59,552 nt of DNA from Armatimonadota bacterium. Its GTDB lineage: Bacteria; Armatimonadota; Zipacnadia; Zipacnadales; UBA5352. Position 1 is the stretch's first letter, and the number at the start of each line of letters is the position of its first letter. The DNA lies in contig JAYENL010000093.1 in assembly GCA_034722055.1 (NCBI GenBank), forward strand, positions 29,622 through 89,173, given 5' to 3'. Below are positions 1-9,657 of this stretch, in pieces. Position numbers and translations under genes: made by a program. The notes under the pieces were generated by a model. The model saw only the letters and a list, made by a program, of their open reading frames with translations, did not search any database and was not told the DNA's origin.

Positions 1-72
1 TCCCGGGGTATCGCATCAGTTGCCTCCACGCTGAACTGAGATCTGTCTGGCTGTGTGTCCGCTGCTCCCGCC

Positions 73-196
73 GTGGAGGGGCCGTCCTGAGGAGCGGTTG
101 CGTGAGCAACCGCGCTGAAGCCGGCCCCGTCGTTGTCGGGAGGTCGCGGGCCGACTTCGCGCGCCTCTTTGTGGCGCACTCAGGCGGCCCCTCCAC
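73..196. repeat. Inverted pair of GGAGGGGC-type REP-like units (REPIN-like)
   Basis: gtggaggggccgtcctgag (73-91) and ctcaggcggcccctccac (179-196) are reverse complements except for one extra base. The same GGAGGGGC tag recurs at 19-21 kb, 23.7 kb, 56.4 kb and 59.4 kb. Confidence 0.6.
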
Positions 197-292
197 CTGA
201 TTGTGCCACAGTCACCAGACCTACGCATGGCGGCTGGGCTGCTCATCGACATCCGAGCACTTCCGCACGCCACCGCTGGCCGCGCTGGACCT

Positions 293-1336
293 CTATCCAC
301 CCTCGACCGCCTTTCTTGCGGCGTGGCGCACCCAGTAGTGGCTGTCGTTGACCGCCCGATCGAATGCATCTCCCACCCGCTCGGCCAGCTCGGTGGGGGG
401 CCGCAGCAGCCGCAAGGCGTGGGCGGCGGCGATGCGCACGTCGCCGATCTCGTCATCGAGCGCGAAGATGAGAGCCTTCACCGCTCGCGCCTGCACCTCG
501 TCATCGGCCGTGGCCTCCGCCAGGTCGCTGAGGGCGTAGCAGGCCGCCTGCCGGACTACGTCACTGGGCTCCACCTCCGGATCGACGCTGTCCCTGAGGA
601 TGTCCGCCGCTCGGAGGATCGGGCTGGCCTCGGACGCCGAGCCCTCCTCCCCGGCGGCTGCAGGCGCCACCGGCGCGATGCGCGCCAGAGCCCGAGCGGC
701 CTCCTCCCGCAGAGGCGCCGTCTCGTCCACCGGCTCCTCCTCTTCCTCCTCCTCCGCGGGCTCCTCAGCCTCGGCGGTCCCCTCAGTCTCGGCCTCCTCC
801 TCAGTCTCCTCCTCGGGCTCGGGGACGGGCGGCCGATCCTCGAGAATCTCCACCACCGTCGCCATCTGCTCGCCGGCCCGCAGCAGCTCCAGGGCGCGGA
901 CGGCCGCCGTGCGCACCGCCACCGGCTCGCCGGCGTCGGCCGCCAGCATGGCGATGCGCGCGGCCGTCTTGGTTGCCCCGAGATGTCCCAGGCTCAGCGC
1001 GGCGTTGAGCCGCACATCCGGCGAGGGGTCCCGCAGCGCGTCGATGAGCGCCTCGCGCGACGCCCGGGTATTCACCGCCCCCAGCAGCATGGCGGCCCGC
1101 CAGCGGACGTCGTCGTGGCCGCGGTCGAGGTAGCTGATGAGGTTGTCACTCACCGCCCCGGTGCGGTCCCGGAGGCCCGTCATGGCCTTCGTGGCCACGC
1201 CGTGATCCCGGGACATCAGGTCCGACAGCATCTGCTGGGTCTCACGGGCGCGCTGCCACAGGGTGATGCCGTAGACCCCGCCCACCACGATGACCACGAT
1301 GATGATCAGCGTTACAGTGCGTCGATTCACGGTCAT
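293..1336 (-). CDS. Membrane-anchored HEAT/PBS-lyase-like repeat protein (347 aa) with acidic linker
   Basis: N-terminal hydrophobic helix (TLIIIVVIVVGGVYGITLW); HEAT motifs DDVRWRAAMLLG, PDVRLNAALSLG, VRIAAAHALR; Glu-rich linker. Confidence 0.85.
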   Translation of the reverse strand: MTVNRRTVTLIIIVVIVVGGVYGITLWQRARETQQMLSDLMSRDHGVATKAMTGLRDRTGAVSDNLISYLDRGHDDVRWRAAMLLGAVNTRASREALIDALRDPSPDVRLNAALSLGHLGATKTAARIAMLAADAGEPVAVRTAAVRALELLRAGEQMATVVEILEDRPPVPEPEEETEEEAETEGTAEAEEPAEEEEEEEPVDETAPLREEAARALARIAPVAPAAAGEEGSASEASPILRAADILRDSVDPEVEPSDVVRQAACYALSDLAEATADDEVQARAVKALIFALDDEIGDVRIAAAHALRLLRPPTELAERVGDAFDRAVNDSHYWVRHAARKAVEGG

Positions 1337-1376
1337 CAGCTCTCGTTCACTCGTCTATGGCGCACGTCTGCGCCGC

Positions 1377-3947
1377 TCACAGCAGCTTTTGTAGGTCGCT
1401 GTAGATCTCCCGGCTGGCCCGGACGTTCTTCGGGTCGGGCTTCTGGTCTTTGGGGAGCTGTTCGATGAGGTCCATCGCCCGCGCGTCACCGATCATCACC
1501 AGCGTGACCGCGTGCCAGTTGCGCAGCTTTTCGTCCTCGGCCTTGCCGCGGGCATCAAGCACGGGGAAGGTGGCTGGCTTGCCGATCGCCCCCAGAATTG
1601 CGGCCAGCCAGCGCTTGCGCTCCTCCGGCCCACTCTTCATCCGCTCCAGCAGGGGCTGAACCGGCTGAGCGCCCATGAGGGCCAGGCCGCTGCCCGCCAC
1701 CAGCCGTAACTGCCTGCTCTCCGCCGCATCGAAGACATCCAGCAGAAGCTCCGCGGCCTGTCCCACCTTGACCTCCTCCCCCCGCTCAGTGGGCGCGATC
1801 GTTCGTTCCCCGATCCCTCCGACCGTCTTGGCGGCCGTCTCCGCGAACTGACTGTCGATGCTCAGCAAGGGCGCGAGCGCGTCCAGCGATTCCTCGTCGC
1901 CCACGAACGCCAAGCCCTCGATGGCCTCCCGACGGAGAGTGTCGGGAGCGGAGCTGTCGGTCACGATGCTCTCAAGCGCTGAGCGGACCTTCTCGCTCCC
2001 GGCCGCCACCCGCTCCTCGACAGCGCCCACTGCGCGCATCAGCTCACCACTGGCGGCGAGGGAATGCTTGGCCAGCACGATGGCCGCTCGGCGCACGGCC
2101 GCCTCTCGCTCGGAGGCCAGCATCTCCCGCAGCTTCTCATCCACGTCACCCAGCCGCCAGTCCTTGAGCACATCCATGGCTGTGGCGCGCACCTCGCGGG
2201 CCGGGTCCTCCAGGGCCTCCACCAGCGTGGAGGTGGCGCGCTCGTCGCCGATCTCCCCCAGCGCGCGCACCGCCTGCTGCCGGACCTGCGTCGGTGCGGC
2301 GCTGCTCTTCACGGCATTTATCAGGGGCTCGGTTGCGGAGTGAGATCCGGTGGCGCCCAGTGCCCGGGCCGCAGCGGCCCGAGCCTCGGCGCCGGCGCCG
2401 GACGACAGCAGCAGCTCCGCCGCTGGCTCCACCGCCGCCTCGCCGATGGCGCCGAGGGCGATGCCGCTCCACTGCCGCGCCCCGGGACTTCCGGACTGCA
2501 GCCACTGGATCAGCGGCTCCACCGCCGGCCCGCCGATGCGCGCCAGCGCCTGCTCCGCCATGTAGGCCACCCGCGTGTTCGCGCTGCCCAGCGCGCCCAG
2601 CAGCGCCGGGATAGCTGGCTCGCCCATCCTCGCCAGCGCGTCCCGCGCGGCATAGTAGACCCTGGATTCGCTGTCGCCCAGAGCCGCTATGAGCTGATGG
2701 AGCACGCGCCGATCGGCCAGGTTCCGCAGGGCGTCAGCCGCGGCCTCTCGCACCTTCACCTCCGGGTCCGTCAGCGCCTTCCCCAGGGGCAGCACGGCGT
2801 CGCTGGTCCCGATGGTCGCGATGGTCTCCGCGGCCACCAGCCGCACCGCCGCCTCCGGATGGTCCAGGGCCGGCGTCAGCGGCGCGATCGCCGGCTGACC
2901 GATCTTCACCAGCGCCTCGGCGATCTCCGCGGTCGCCCCGCGCCGGTTGGTCAGCAGCAGCGTCGCCAGTGGCTGCGCCGCTGCCGGATCGCCCAGCGCA
3001 CCGAGCGCCTGGGCCGCCGCCGCCCGAACCTCCGGCCGGCCGTCCTTCAGGCGGCCGATCAGCGGCTGGACGGCGCCCTCATCCACCGCCACCTCCCCCA
3101 GCCCGCCCAGCGCCGAGGCCGCCTTCCGCCGGACTGCCCAGGCGTCATCCTCGGTCAGCCGCTCGATCAGCGGGCGCACCGCCGGGACCCCGCCATCCTC
3201 CTCCAGCGCCGCGGCCACCGCCCCCAACACCCCCGTGGCCGCCAGCCGCACCTCGGGATTCTCGTGCGGCAGCAGGTCCTCGATCATGGGCTTCATGGCC
3301 GGCTCACCCATGGCCTTGAAGGCCGCCTCCGCAGCGCTCTTGGCCCGGCGGAAGGCTGCCGGGCCCTGGTCCGGACCCGGCTCCTCCTGCTGCATGACGC
3401 GAAGCAGGGGCTTGATGGCCGGCTCGCCGATCCCGCCCAGCGTCGAGGACACCAGGCCGCGAACCGCGTCGTCGTAGACGTCGATCAGCGGCATCAGCGA
3501 CGCCACCGCGGGAGCCCCGATGGTCTTGAGCGGGCCCCCGGCCCCGCCCCTCACGGCGGCATCCTTATCCTGCAGCGCCATCACTAACGGCCCGATCGAC
3601 GAGGCGCCCACGTGCGTCAGATAGGTGTCGATCTCCGCCTGAACTGGCGCGTCCACCACGCTCTTGGCGGCCACGAGCTGGAACATCGTCTCCTCGGTGC
3701 CGATCAGTGTCGCCGCCGAGACGGCCCGGTCCTGGACCCACCGCGGCTCGTCCTCAAGCGCCTCCATCAGCTTCTGCTTGTGCACCAGGCGCCTGACGGC
3801 CTCCACGCGCTCCGCGGGCGGGCCCGTGGCGATGTCCGCAAGCAGCATGTCCACCTCCGCGCGCCGGTAGGCGGCCAGCACCACCACGGAGAGCACCACC
3901 GCCAGGATGATCGTCCAGGTCACCTGTTGGCGAGTCCCTTCGTCCAA
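1377..3947 (-). CDS. Large membrane-anchored HEAT repeat protein (856 aa)
   Basis: N-terminal TM segment followed by many 'L.D....VR..AA.ALG.IG..AV.PLI..L' repeats; TTG start. Confidence 0.9.
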   Translation of the reverse strand: MDEGTRQQVTWTIILAVVLSVVVLAAYRRAEVDMLLADIATGPPAERVEAVRRLVHKQKLMEALEDEPRWVQDRAVSAATLIGTEETMFQLVAAKSVVDAPVQAEIDTYLTHVGASSIGPLVMALQDKDAAVRGGAGGPLKTIGAPAVASLMPLIDVYDDAVRGLVSSTLGGIGEPAIKPLLRVMQQEEPGPDQGPAAFRRAKSAAEAAFKAMGEPAMKPMIEDLLPHENPEVRLAATGVLGAVAAALEEDGGVPAVRPLIERLTEDDAWAVRRKAASALGGLGEVAVDEGAVQPLIGRLKDGRPEVRAAAAQALGALGDPAAAQPLATLLLTNRRGATAEIAEALVKIGQPAIAPLTPALDHPEAAVRLVAAETIATIGTSDAVLPLGKALTDPEVKVREAAADALRNLADRRVLHQLIAALGDSESRVYYAARDALARMGEPAIPALLGALGSANTRVAYMAEQALARIGGPAVEPLIQWLQSGSPGARQWSGIALGAIGEAAVEPAAELLLSSGAGAEARAAAARALGATGSHSATEPLINAVKSSAAPTQVRQQAVRALGEIGDERATSTLVEALEDPAREVRATAMDVLKDWRLGDVDEKLREMLASEREAAVRRAAIVLAKHSLAASGELMRAVGAVEERVAAGSEKVRSALESIVTDSSAPDTLRREAIEGLAFVGDEESLDALAPLLSIDSQFAETAAKTVGGIGERTIAPTERGEEVKVGQAAELLLDVFDAAESRQLRLVAGSGLALMGAQPVQPLLERMKSGPEERKRWLAAILGAIGKPATFPVLDARGKAEDEKLRNWHAVTLVMIGDARAMDLIEQLPKDQKPDPKNVRASREIYSDLQKLL

Positions 3948-4130
3948 TGAGTTCAGCTCCTCGCTTCCCTTGCGGCCCGCCTCGCTCCGCAGACACAGTG
4001 GCGCACGCCCCCGGCGCGCTCTCTGACACCGCTCGGGCGCGTGGGCGTCCTGCTATCCTCAAAGCTCCCTGAGTAGACCATTGTTATTCCCGCCCCGCAG
4101 CCCGCCTCCTCCCTCCACGCCGAAAAAGCC

Positions 4131-4907
4131 TCACACCACCCGCCATGCCCGCTCGCTGCGGTGGAACACCACCCGCAGCTCCGGGAAGCTCTCAGCCAGG
4201 TGCCGCGCGAAGTGCTCCAGCCCCGGCTCCTCGCTCACCGCGTGTCCGGTCTCGATTAGTGTCACGTCGCAGTCACGAATCATCCGCATGGCGTGCTCAT
4301 CGGACTCCCCGGCGATGAGCACGTCAGGGTGGTATTCGATGACGCTATTGATGAACGATGCGTTCACGCTCAGGCCCGTCCCACCCCATGGCAGCCCCAC
4401 TCGCGACACGGGCCTCTCCAGCTCCCCCACCACCCGGACGGCCTCCAGGCCGGTGCACGCCTTCACCCTCTCCACCAGCTCGCCCAGCGGCACGCTGTGG
4501 ATCTCGTGGATCCTCACGCGGCCGTCGTCGAACACCGGGTCCGTCAGCCCCAGCAGAGCCGCGAAGTCCTCCAGCACGCAGAAGCGGTCGAGCGTGCCAT
4601 GGGCCCTGAACAGCGTGATGCCGTGGCGCGCCAGCAGTCCGATGCGCCTGCGGTTCACCCGCCAGGTCAGATGCTGCTCCAGCCCATGGCCCCGCCAGGG
4701 GTAGGGCATGTGCAGCAGCTCGTGCGCCACCAGCAGGTTGCAGCCCTCGGCGGCGCAGCGCTCGATGGCCTCCACGGTGGGCATGAAGGCCACCACCACT
4801 CCGGAGACCTCCACCTCCGGATCGCCCCAGCGGAAACCCTCGTCCCCGCCCAGCGGCTGGTCGGGCACCAGCCCGTCGATGAACTCGCCGATCTGAGACG
4901 CACGCAC
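4131..4907 (-). CDS. NIF3/YbgI-family dinuclear metal-centre protein
   Basis: GD...EV.GVVVA, LLVAHE, AHGTLD and LIETGHAVSE motifs typical of the NIF3 family. Confidence 0.8.
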   Translation of the reverse strand: MRASQIGEFIDGLVPDQPLGGDEGFRWGDPEVEVSGVVVAFMPTVEAIERCAAEGCNLLVAHELLHMPYPWRGHGLEQHLTWRVNRRRIGLLARHGITLFRAHGTLDRFCVLEDFAALLGLTDPVFDDGRVRIHEIHSVPLGELVERVKACTGLEAVRVVGELERPVSRVGLPWGGTGLSVNASFINSVIEYHPDVLIAGESDEHAMRMIRDCDVTLIETGHAVSEEPGLEHFARHLAESFPELRVVFHRSERAWRVV

Positions 4908-5128
4908 CGGCCATCACATCCAGCGTTCCGCGAGCTGTGGGTCCCCGAGATGCTCATTCCCCCTCCGCCCTCGGGAACCCTTCTCGTACCTTCCTGCCTT
5001 TCGTGGCGACGATGGGGAAGGCGGTTGCACACCGCCGGGTACCCTCTCCCAGACACGGGCCTCGGAGCGACGGCAGACGACCGCGCGTGAGCGGCGCAGC
5101 CGCCTCCGCGCCCGTGCCCAGGGGACGT

Positions 5129-5159
5129 CGTTCCGTGGTGCGGAGGCCCTCCTCCGCAC
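5129..5159 (+). repeat. GTGG-tagged REP-like palindrome
   Basis: cgttccGTG+gtgcggagg-ccct-cctccgcac: 9-bp stem with 4-nt loop; same leader and geometry as the unit at 17215-17245. Confidence 0.55.
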
Positions 5160-5324
5160 GTCGTTCGGCCGGGCGAAGGCCCCAATCCTCCAGTGTCGAT
5201 ACCAGACCCTTCCCGGGAGGTGCCGGGCGCCGCACCGTGGAAGGCTTCACCTGCACAGAGCCAGCAGAGACCACCGGCCGCGCGCACAGGTGTGTCGCCG
5301 GGCCGGTTGCAGGAGGTCGTCGTG

Positions 5325-6311
5325 ATGGCGATTCCCCAGTGGCAGGATGCCGGTGCCAAGTACCTGGCGCAGGTCCCCCTCTTCGGCCCCGAGGACGGCG
5401 TCACCGTCCGGGAGCCGCTGGATGCAGGGCCCGGCTGGTGGGCCGGCGCCCCCAGCGCGCTCTACGACGAGGAGAGCGGCAGGTTCTACCTCTACTACCG
5501 CGTCCGCAAGCCCCGGGAGCTGGGGCGCGGCGTCGGCTGCCGCATCGCCGTCAGCGAGGATGGCATCGGCTTCGAGGACATCTGGCAGATCGGGAAGGAG
5601 GACCTCGACAGCCCCTCGGTCGAGAAGTCCTGCATCTTCCGGGCCGCCGGCGGCTCCTGGCGACTCTACATCTCATACGTCGATCCCGGGACGAACATGT
5701 GGCGCATTGACTGCATGGAGGCCGATGCGCCCGACGCCTTCGATCCCGCCGATCGCACCAGGGTGTTCGTGCCCCAGGAGCTGGGCCTGGAGGGTATCAA
5801 GGACCCCATGGTCTACCGCATCGGGCCCATGTACTACATGATCGTGTCCTACGCGCCCACCGCCGAGTCCGTTGCGACCGAGGAGGAGAAGCACGGCACC
5901 GGCGACGTCTACAACACTGGAATCGTCAAGTCCCACACCGGCCTCGCCACCTCCGCCTGCGGCCTCAACTGGCACTGGCAGGGCGACATCCTCTCCCCGC
6001 CCGACGAGGGCTGGGACAGCTACTGCACCCGCATCGGCTCCATCCTCCATCGCCCGCCCCTGTTCATCGGCTTCTACGATGGCAGCGCCTCGGTGGAGGA
6101 GAACTACGAGGAGAGGGCCGGCCTGTGCGTCTCCTACGATCTCCGAAGCTGGGAGCGCGTGACGCGCGCCGCGCCCTTCGTCACCTCGCCCTTCGGCTGC
6201 ATCCGATACGTGGAGGTCCTGCCGGTCGGGGATGCGCTGTATTACTACTACGAGTGGACCCGAGAGGACGGGTCCCACGAGCTGCGCGTTACGCGGGTGG
6301 AGGTGGCCTGA
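5325..6311 (+). CDS. Five-bladed beta-propeller glycoside hydrolase-like protein (GH43/32/130-like clan)
   Basis: WAGAPS..YD....RFYLYY, SEDGI.F, GIKDP.V and GLATS..GLNW blade motifs. Start moved from 5193 to ATG 5325 on the basis of AGGAGG at 5311-5316. Confidence 0.7.
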   Translation: MAIPQWQDAGAKYLAQVPLFGPEDGVTVREPLDAGPGWWAGAPSALYDEESGRFYLYYRVRKPRELGRGVGCRIAVSEDGIGFEDIWQIGKEDLDSPSVEKSCIFRAAGGSWRLYISYVDPGTNMWRIDCMEADAPDAFDPADRTRVFVPQELGLEGIKDPMVYRIGPMYYMIVSYAPTAESVATEEEKHGTGDVYNTGIVKSHTGLATSACGLNWHWQGDILSPPDEGWDSYCTRIGSILHRPPLFIGFYDGSASVEENYEERAGLCVSYDLRSWERVTRAAPFVTSPFGCIRYVEVLPVGDALYYYYEWTREDGSHELRVTRVEVA

Positions 6312-6333
6312 GGTCGAGGTGACGCTGCCGGGC

Positions 6334-9300
6334 ATGAGGGGGGAGCGGATATCCCCGATGATTCTCTGCGGACCCGCCGGGTCGGGCAAGACTGACTTGG
6401 TGCTGGACGAGTACGTCGCCACCATCCGGGCGCACGGCGAGGACGCCGCGCTCCTGCTGCTCCCCACCCGCCTGGCCTGCGAGCGGGTGCGTCGCCGGCT
6501 GGTGGACGAGGGCACGGTCAGCGGCCTCCTCGACGCCCGCATCTACGACTTCCGGGGCCTCGCCGAGGTCATCCTGGAGGCCAACCACGAGCAGGTCGCG
6601 AGGCTGACCGACTGGCAGCAGACGCTGCTGATGCGCTCCATCGTCCGCGAGCTGTGCGAGGCCAAGCGCCTCCCGGCCCTCGCTCCCATGTGCGGCTATC
6701 CCGGCTTCGTGGACACCCTCTGCGAGCTCGTCGAGGAGCTCAAGCGCGCCGGCGCGGACCCCTCAGCCTTCCGCGCCGGGATCGAGCGCAGCCCCCTCAA
6801 TGACGAGCGCAGCCGCGAGCTTGCCGCCATCTACGACGCCTACCAGGCCCGGCTGCAGGAGCGCGGTCTCTACGATGACGCCGGCCGCTTCTGGCGGGCC
6901 CGCAACGTGCTGCGCGGCGAGGATGGCCGCCAGCCGCGGCGCCGGCCCTTCGAGGATCTCCGCCTCATCCTCGCCGATGGCTTCGCCGACTTCACCACCA
7001 CCCAGCTCCAGGTGCTGCGGGCGCTGGCTGAGGGCGCGGAGCGGCTCATCATCACCCTCAGCCTGGAGCCCGATCCCGGCCGCCGGCCGGAGCTGTTCCG
7101 CCTGCCGCGACGCACCCTCGACCGCCTCCAGGAGCACCTCGGCGATCTCAGTGACGGCGGCACGCTCCCGGTCGAGTACATCCAGCTCCCTGGGGCTGAC
7201 GGCGCGCTTCCGCGCATGGGCGACCGGCTCTTTTTGGAGGGCGAGGTGGAGCCGCTGGAGGGCCCCGGCGACGCCCTGGCGCTGTTCGAGGCCTCAGGTC
7301 GGGAGATGGAAGTGCACCAGGTCGCGGTCCGCGTCAAGAAGCTCCTCTGCCAGGGCGTGGAGCCGTCCCGCATCGCGGTTATCGCCGGCGACCTGGACGG
7401 CTACGCGGCGGCGCTCGAAGGAGTCTTCGCGGAGGCGGGCGTCCCGCTGCGGCTGCAGTCCCGAGCGCCGGCGGGCGGCCGGCCTCCGGTGCAGGCGGTC
7501 CTGGACGTGCTGCGCGTGCCCGCCGAGCGCTACCGGGCCTCGGACGTGCTGCGCCTGATCAAGTCCAGCTTCTTCGATGGCGCCGTCCTGGGCCAGGATG
7601 CTCCCGAGCCGGATGAGATCGAGCGCGTCTGCCGCGCCGCCAGGATCATCGGCGGCCGGGGGCGGGAGGAGTGGGCCCAGCGGCTGGCCACCTACGCCCG
7701 CCGCCTGCGCCGGGAGCTCGACCTCCGCACCCGCGGCGAGCGCGACGAGGAGGCCCAGTGGTTCCCCGGCTCCGACGCCCGCCTGGAGCGCGAGATATCG
7801 ACCGTGGAGGCCGTGCAGAGCGCGCTGAGCGCCCTCTTTGAGCGTCTCGCCCCCCTGGAGCAGGCGTCCACGCTGCGGGAGGCGGTCGAGGCCCTGGTTG
7901 CGGTCATCCACGGCATCGGCCTCCCGGACAGAATCGGCATGCAGACGCCGGACTCCCGCGCGGAGGGCGAGAACATCCTGGCCTTCGACGCCTTCCGTGA
8001 GGGCCTGCGGCAGATGTGGGCGGCCCGCGAGCAGCTCGGCACCGCCGGCGAGACGGCTGTGCGCGAGTTCTACCAGGATGTCCTGCGCATGTCCGGGCGG
8101 GTGAGCTACCCGCTCATCGGCGGTCCGGCGGAGGCCGTGCTTGCCGTTGACATGCAGCACGCCCGCCAGCTCGACTTCGACCACGTCTTCATCCTCGGCG
8201 TCACCGAGCACGAGTTCCCGCACGCGTGGCGGGAGGACCCGCTCTACGGCGACCGCGAGCGTCGCGAGCTGCGCCGGGCCGGGGTGCCCCTCGACCCCAG
8301 GCGCGACCAGCAGTGGCGCGACATGCTCACCTTCTACTCCGTCGTCGCCTCCGTCCGCCAGCGCCTGACGCTCAGCTACCCCACCACCGATGCCGAGGGC
8401 CACGAGGTGCTGCCCTCCTACTACCTCGACGAGATCCGGCGCTGCTTCGTCGATGACATCGAGCCGGTGCGCTACGGCCTGGCGACGACCATCCCGGACT
8501 TCCCGGACGCCATCAGCGTCCGGGAGCTGCTCGATCGGGCGCTGCTGGAGCTCTACAGCCCTGACATGACCGCCCGCGCGGGCCGCGACGACGAGGCCAG
8601 GCAGGTCCTGCCCGCCCTGGGCGCCCGGAAGCCCGACCTGCTGCGGGCGCTGGCCGGTGCGGTGGCGGTCGAGGAGCGCCGCGAGTGGCATCCCGCCGAC
8701 GAGTACGACGCCAGGCTCACCGACGAGGCCACGGTGGCGCACATTGCCGCCGAGCTGGGCCCCGAGCATCTCTTCAGCGCCGGAGCGCTGGGCGACTACG
8801 GGACGTGCCCCTTCCAGTTCTTCGCCGGCCGCGTCCTGGGCCTGGAGAAGCTGGAGGACCCCACCGAGGACGTGGATGCCCTGCTGCTGGGCAGCCTCCG
8901 CCACCGCTGCCTGGCGGAGTTCTTCCGCCGCTGGCGGGAGCGCCGCCAGGACGGGCGCATCGAGCAGCAGGATCTGCCGGAGGCCCGGAAGGTCATGGCC
9001 CGGGTGGTGGACTGGGCCTTCGAGGACGCCATCCGGGACGGCCTGGTCGGCGACCGCGCCGTCTTCGACATCTCCCGCCGGGAGACGCACCGGGACTTGC
9101 GGCTGTGGCTGGACTACGAGGTGGCCCAGATCCAGTCGCAGGGCCACACCGCCACCTGGCTGGAGCAGCGCTACGGATTCGGGCGCTTCGAGCCCGTGGT
9201 CATCGGCGAGGGTGATGAGGCGCTCCGTCTGCGCGGACGCATCGATCGCGTGGACCGCATGGAGCGCATAGAGGGGCGCCCGGCCTTCGCGGTCTACGAT

Positions 9301-9657
9301 TACAAGAGCTCCAGCGGTCCCTCCCTCAACCGCATCGACGACGGTCGCGACTTCCAGCTTCCCGTCTACGCCCTGGCGGTGCGCTCCAGCGTGCTGGACG
9401 ACGAGGCCGTCTGCGCCCATTGGGGCTACTATCGCGTCAGGCGACCCGTCAAGCTCGGCCGGCGCAGTCCATCGGCAGAGAGGATCGAGGAGTACATCCA
9501 GACCGCCTGCGCCAACGCCCGCCAGCACGCAGCCCGCATCCGCTCCGGCGACTTCATGCCGCACCCCGCCGGCAGGTGCGGCTTCTGCGACTTCGACGGC
9601 ATCTGCCGCTGGAATGAGTATCGCTTCGAGCGGAAGGGGGGCCAGGAGGATGACTGA
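6334..9657 (+). CDS. addB: ATP-dependent helicase/nuclease subunit B (AddB) with Fe-S-staple nuclease domain
   Basis: GPAGSGKT, DGFADFT, YGTCPFQFF, GRIDRVD...YDYKS, QLPVY, CGFCDFDGIC. Start uncertain (6319, 6334 or 6358). Confidence 0.88.
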   Translation: MRGERISPMILCGPAGSGKTDLVLDEYVATIRAHGEDAALLLLPTRLACERVRRRLVDEGTVSGLLDARIYDFRGLAEVILEANHEQVARLTDWQQTLLMRSIVRELCEAKRLPALAPMCGYPGFVDTLCELVEELKRAGADPSAFRAGIERSPLNDERSRELAAIYDAYQARLQERGLYDDAGRFWRARNVLRGEDGRQPRRRPFEDLRLILADGFADFTTTQLQVLRALAEGAERLIITLSLEPDPGRRPELFRLPRRTLDRLQEHLGDLSDGGTLPVEYIQLPGADGALPRMGDRLFLEGEVEPLEGPGDALALFEASGREMEVHQVAVRVKKLLCQGVEPSRIAVIAGDLDGYAAALEGVFAEAGVPLRLQSRAPAGGRPPVQAVLDVLRVPAERYRASDVLRLIKSSFFDGAVLGQDAPEPDEIERVCRAARIIGGRGREEWAQRLATYARRLRRELDLRTRGERDEEAQWFPGSDARLEREISTVEAVQSALSALFERLAPLEQASTLREAVEALVAVIHGIGLPDRIGMQTPDSRAEGENILAFDAFREGLRQMWAAREQLGTAGETAVREFYQDVLRMSGRVSYPLIGGPAEAVLAVDMQHARQLDFDHVFILGVTEHEFPHAWREDPLYGDRERRELRRAGVPLDPRRDQQWRDMLTFYSVVASVRQRLTLSYPTTDAEGHEVLPSYYLDEIRRCFVDDIEPVRYGLATTIPDFPDAISVRELLDRALLELYSPDMTARAGRDDEARQVLPALGARKPDLLRALAGAVAVEERREWHPADEYDARLTDEATVAHIAAELGPEHLFSAGALGDYGTCPFQFFAGRVLGLEKLEDPTEDVDALLLGSLRHRCLAEFFRRWRERRQDGRIEQQDLPEARKVMARVVDWAFEDAIRDGLVGDRAVFDISRRETHRDLRLWLDYEVAQIQSQGHTATWLEQRYGFGRFEPVVIGEGDEALRLRGRIDRVDRMERIEGRPAFAVYDYKSSSGPSLNRIDDGRDFQLPVYALAVRSSVLDDEAVCAHWGYYRVRRPVKLGRRSPSAERIEEYIQTACANARQHAARIRSGDFMPHPAGRCGFCDFDGICRWNEYRFERKGGQEDD

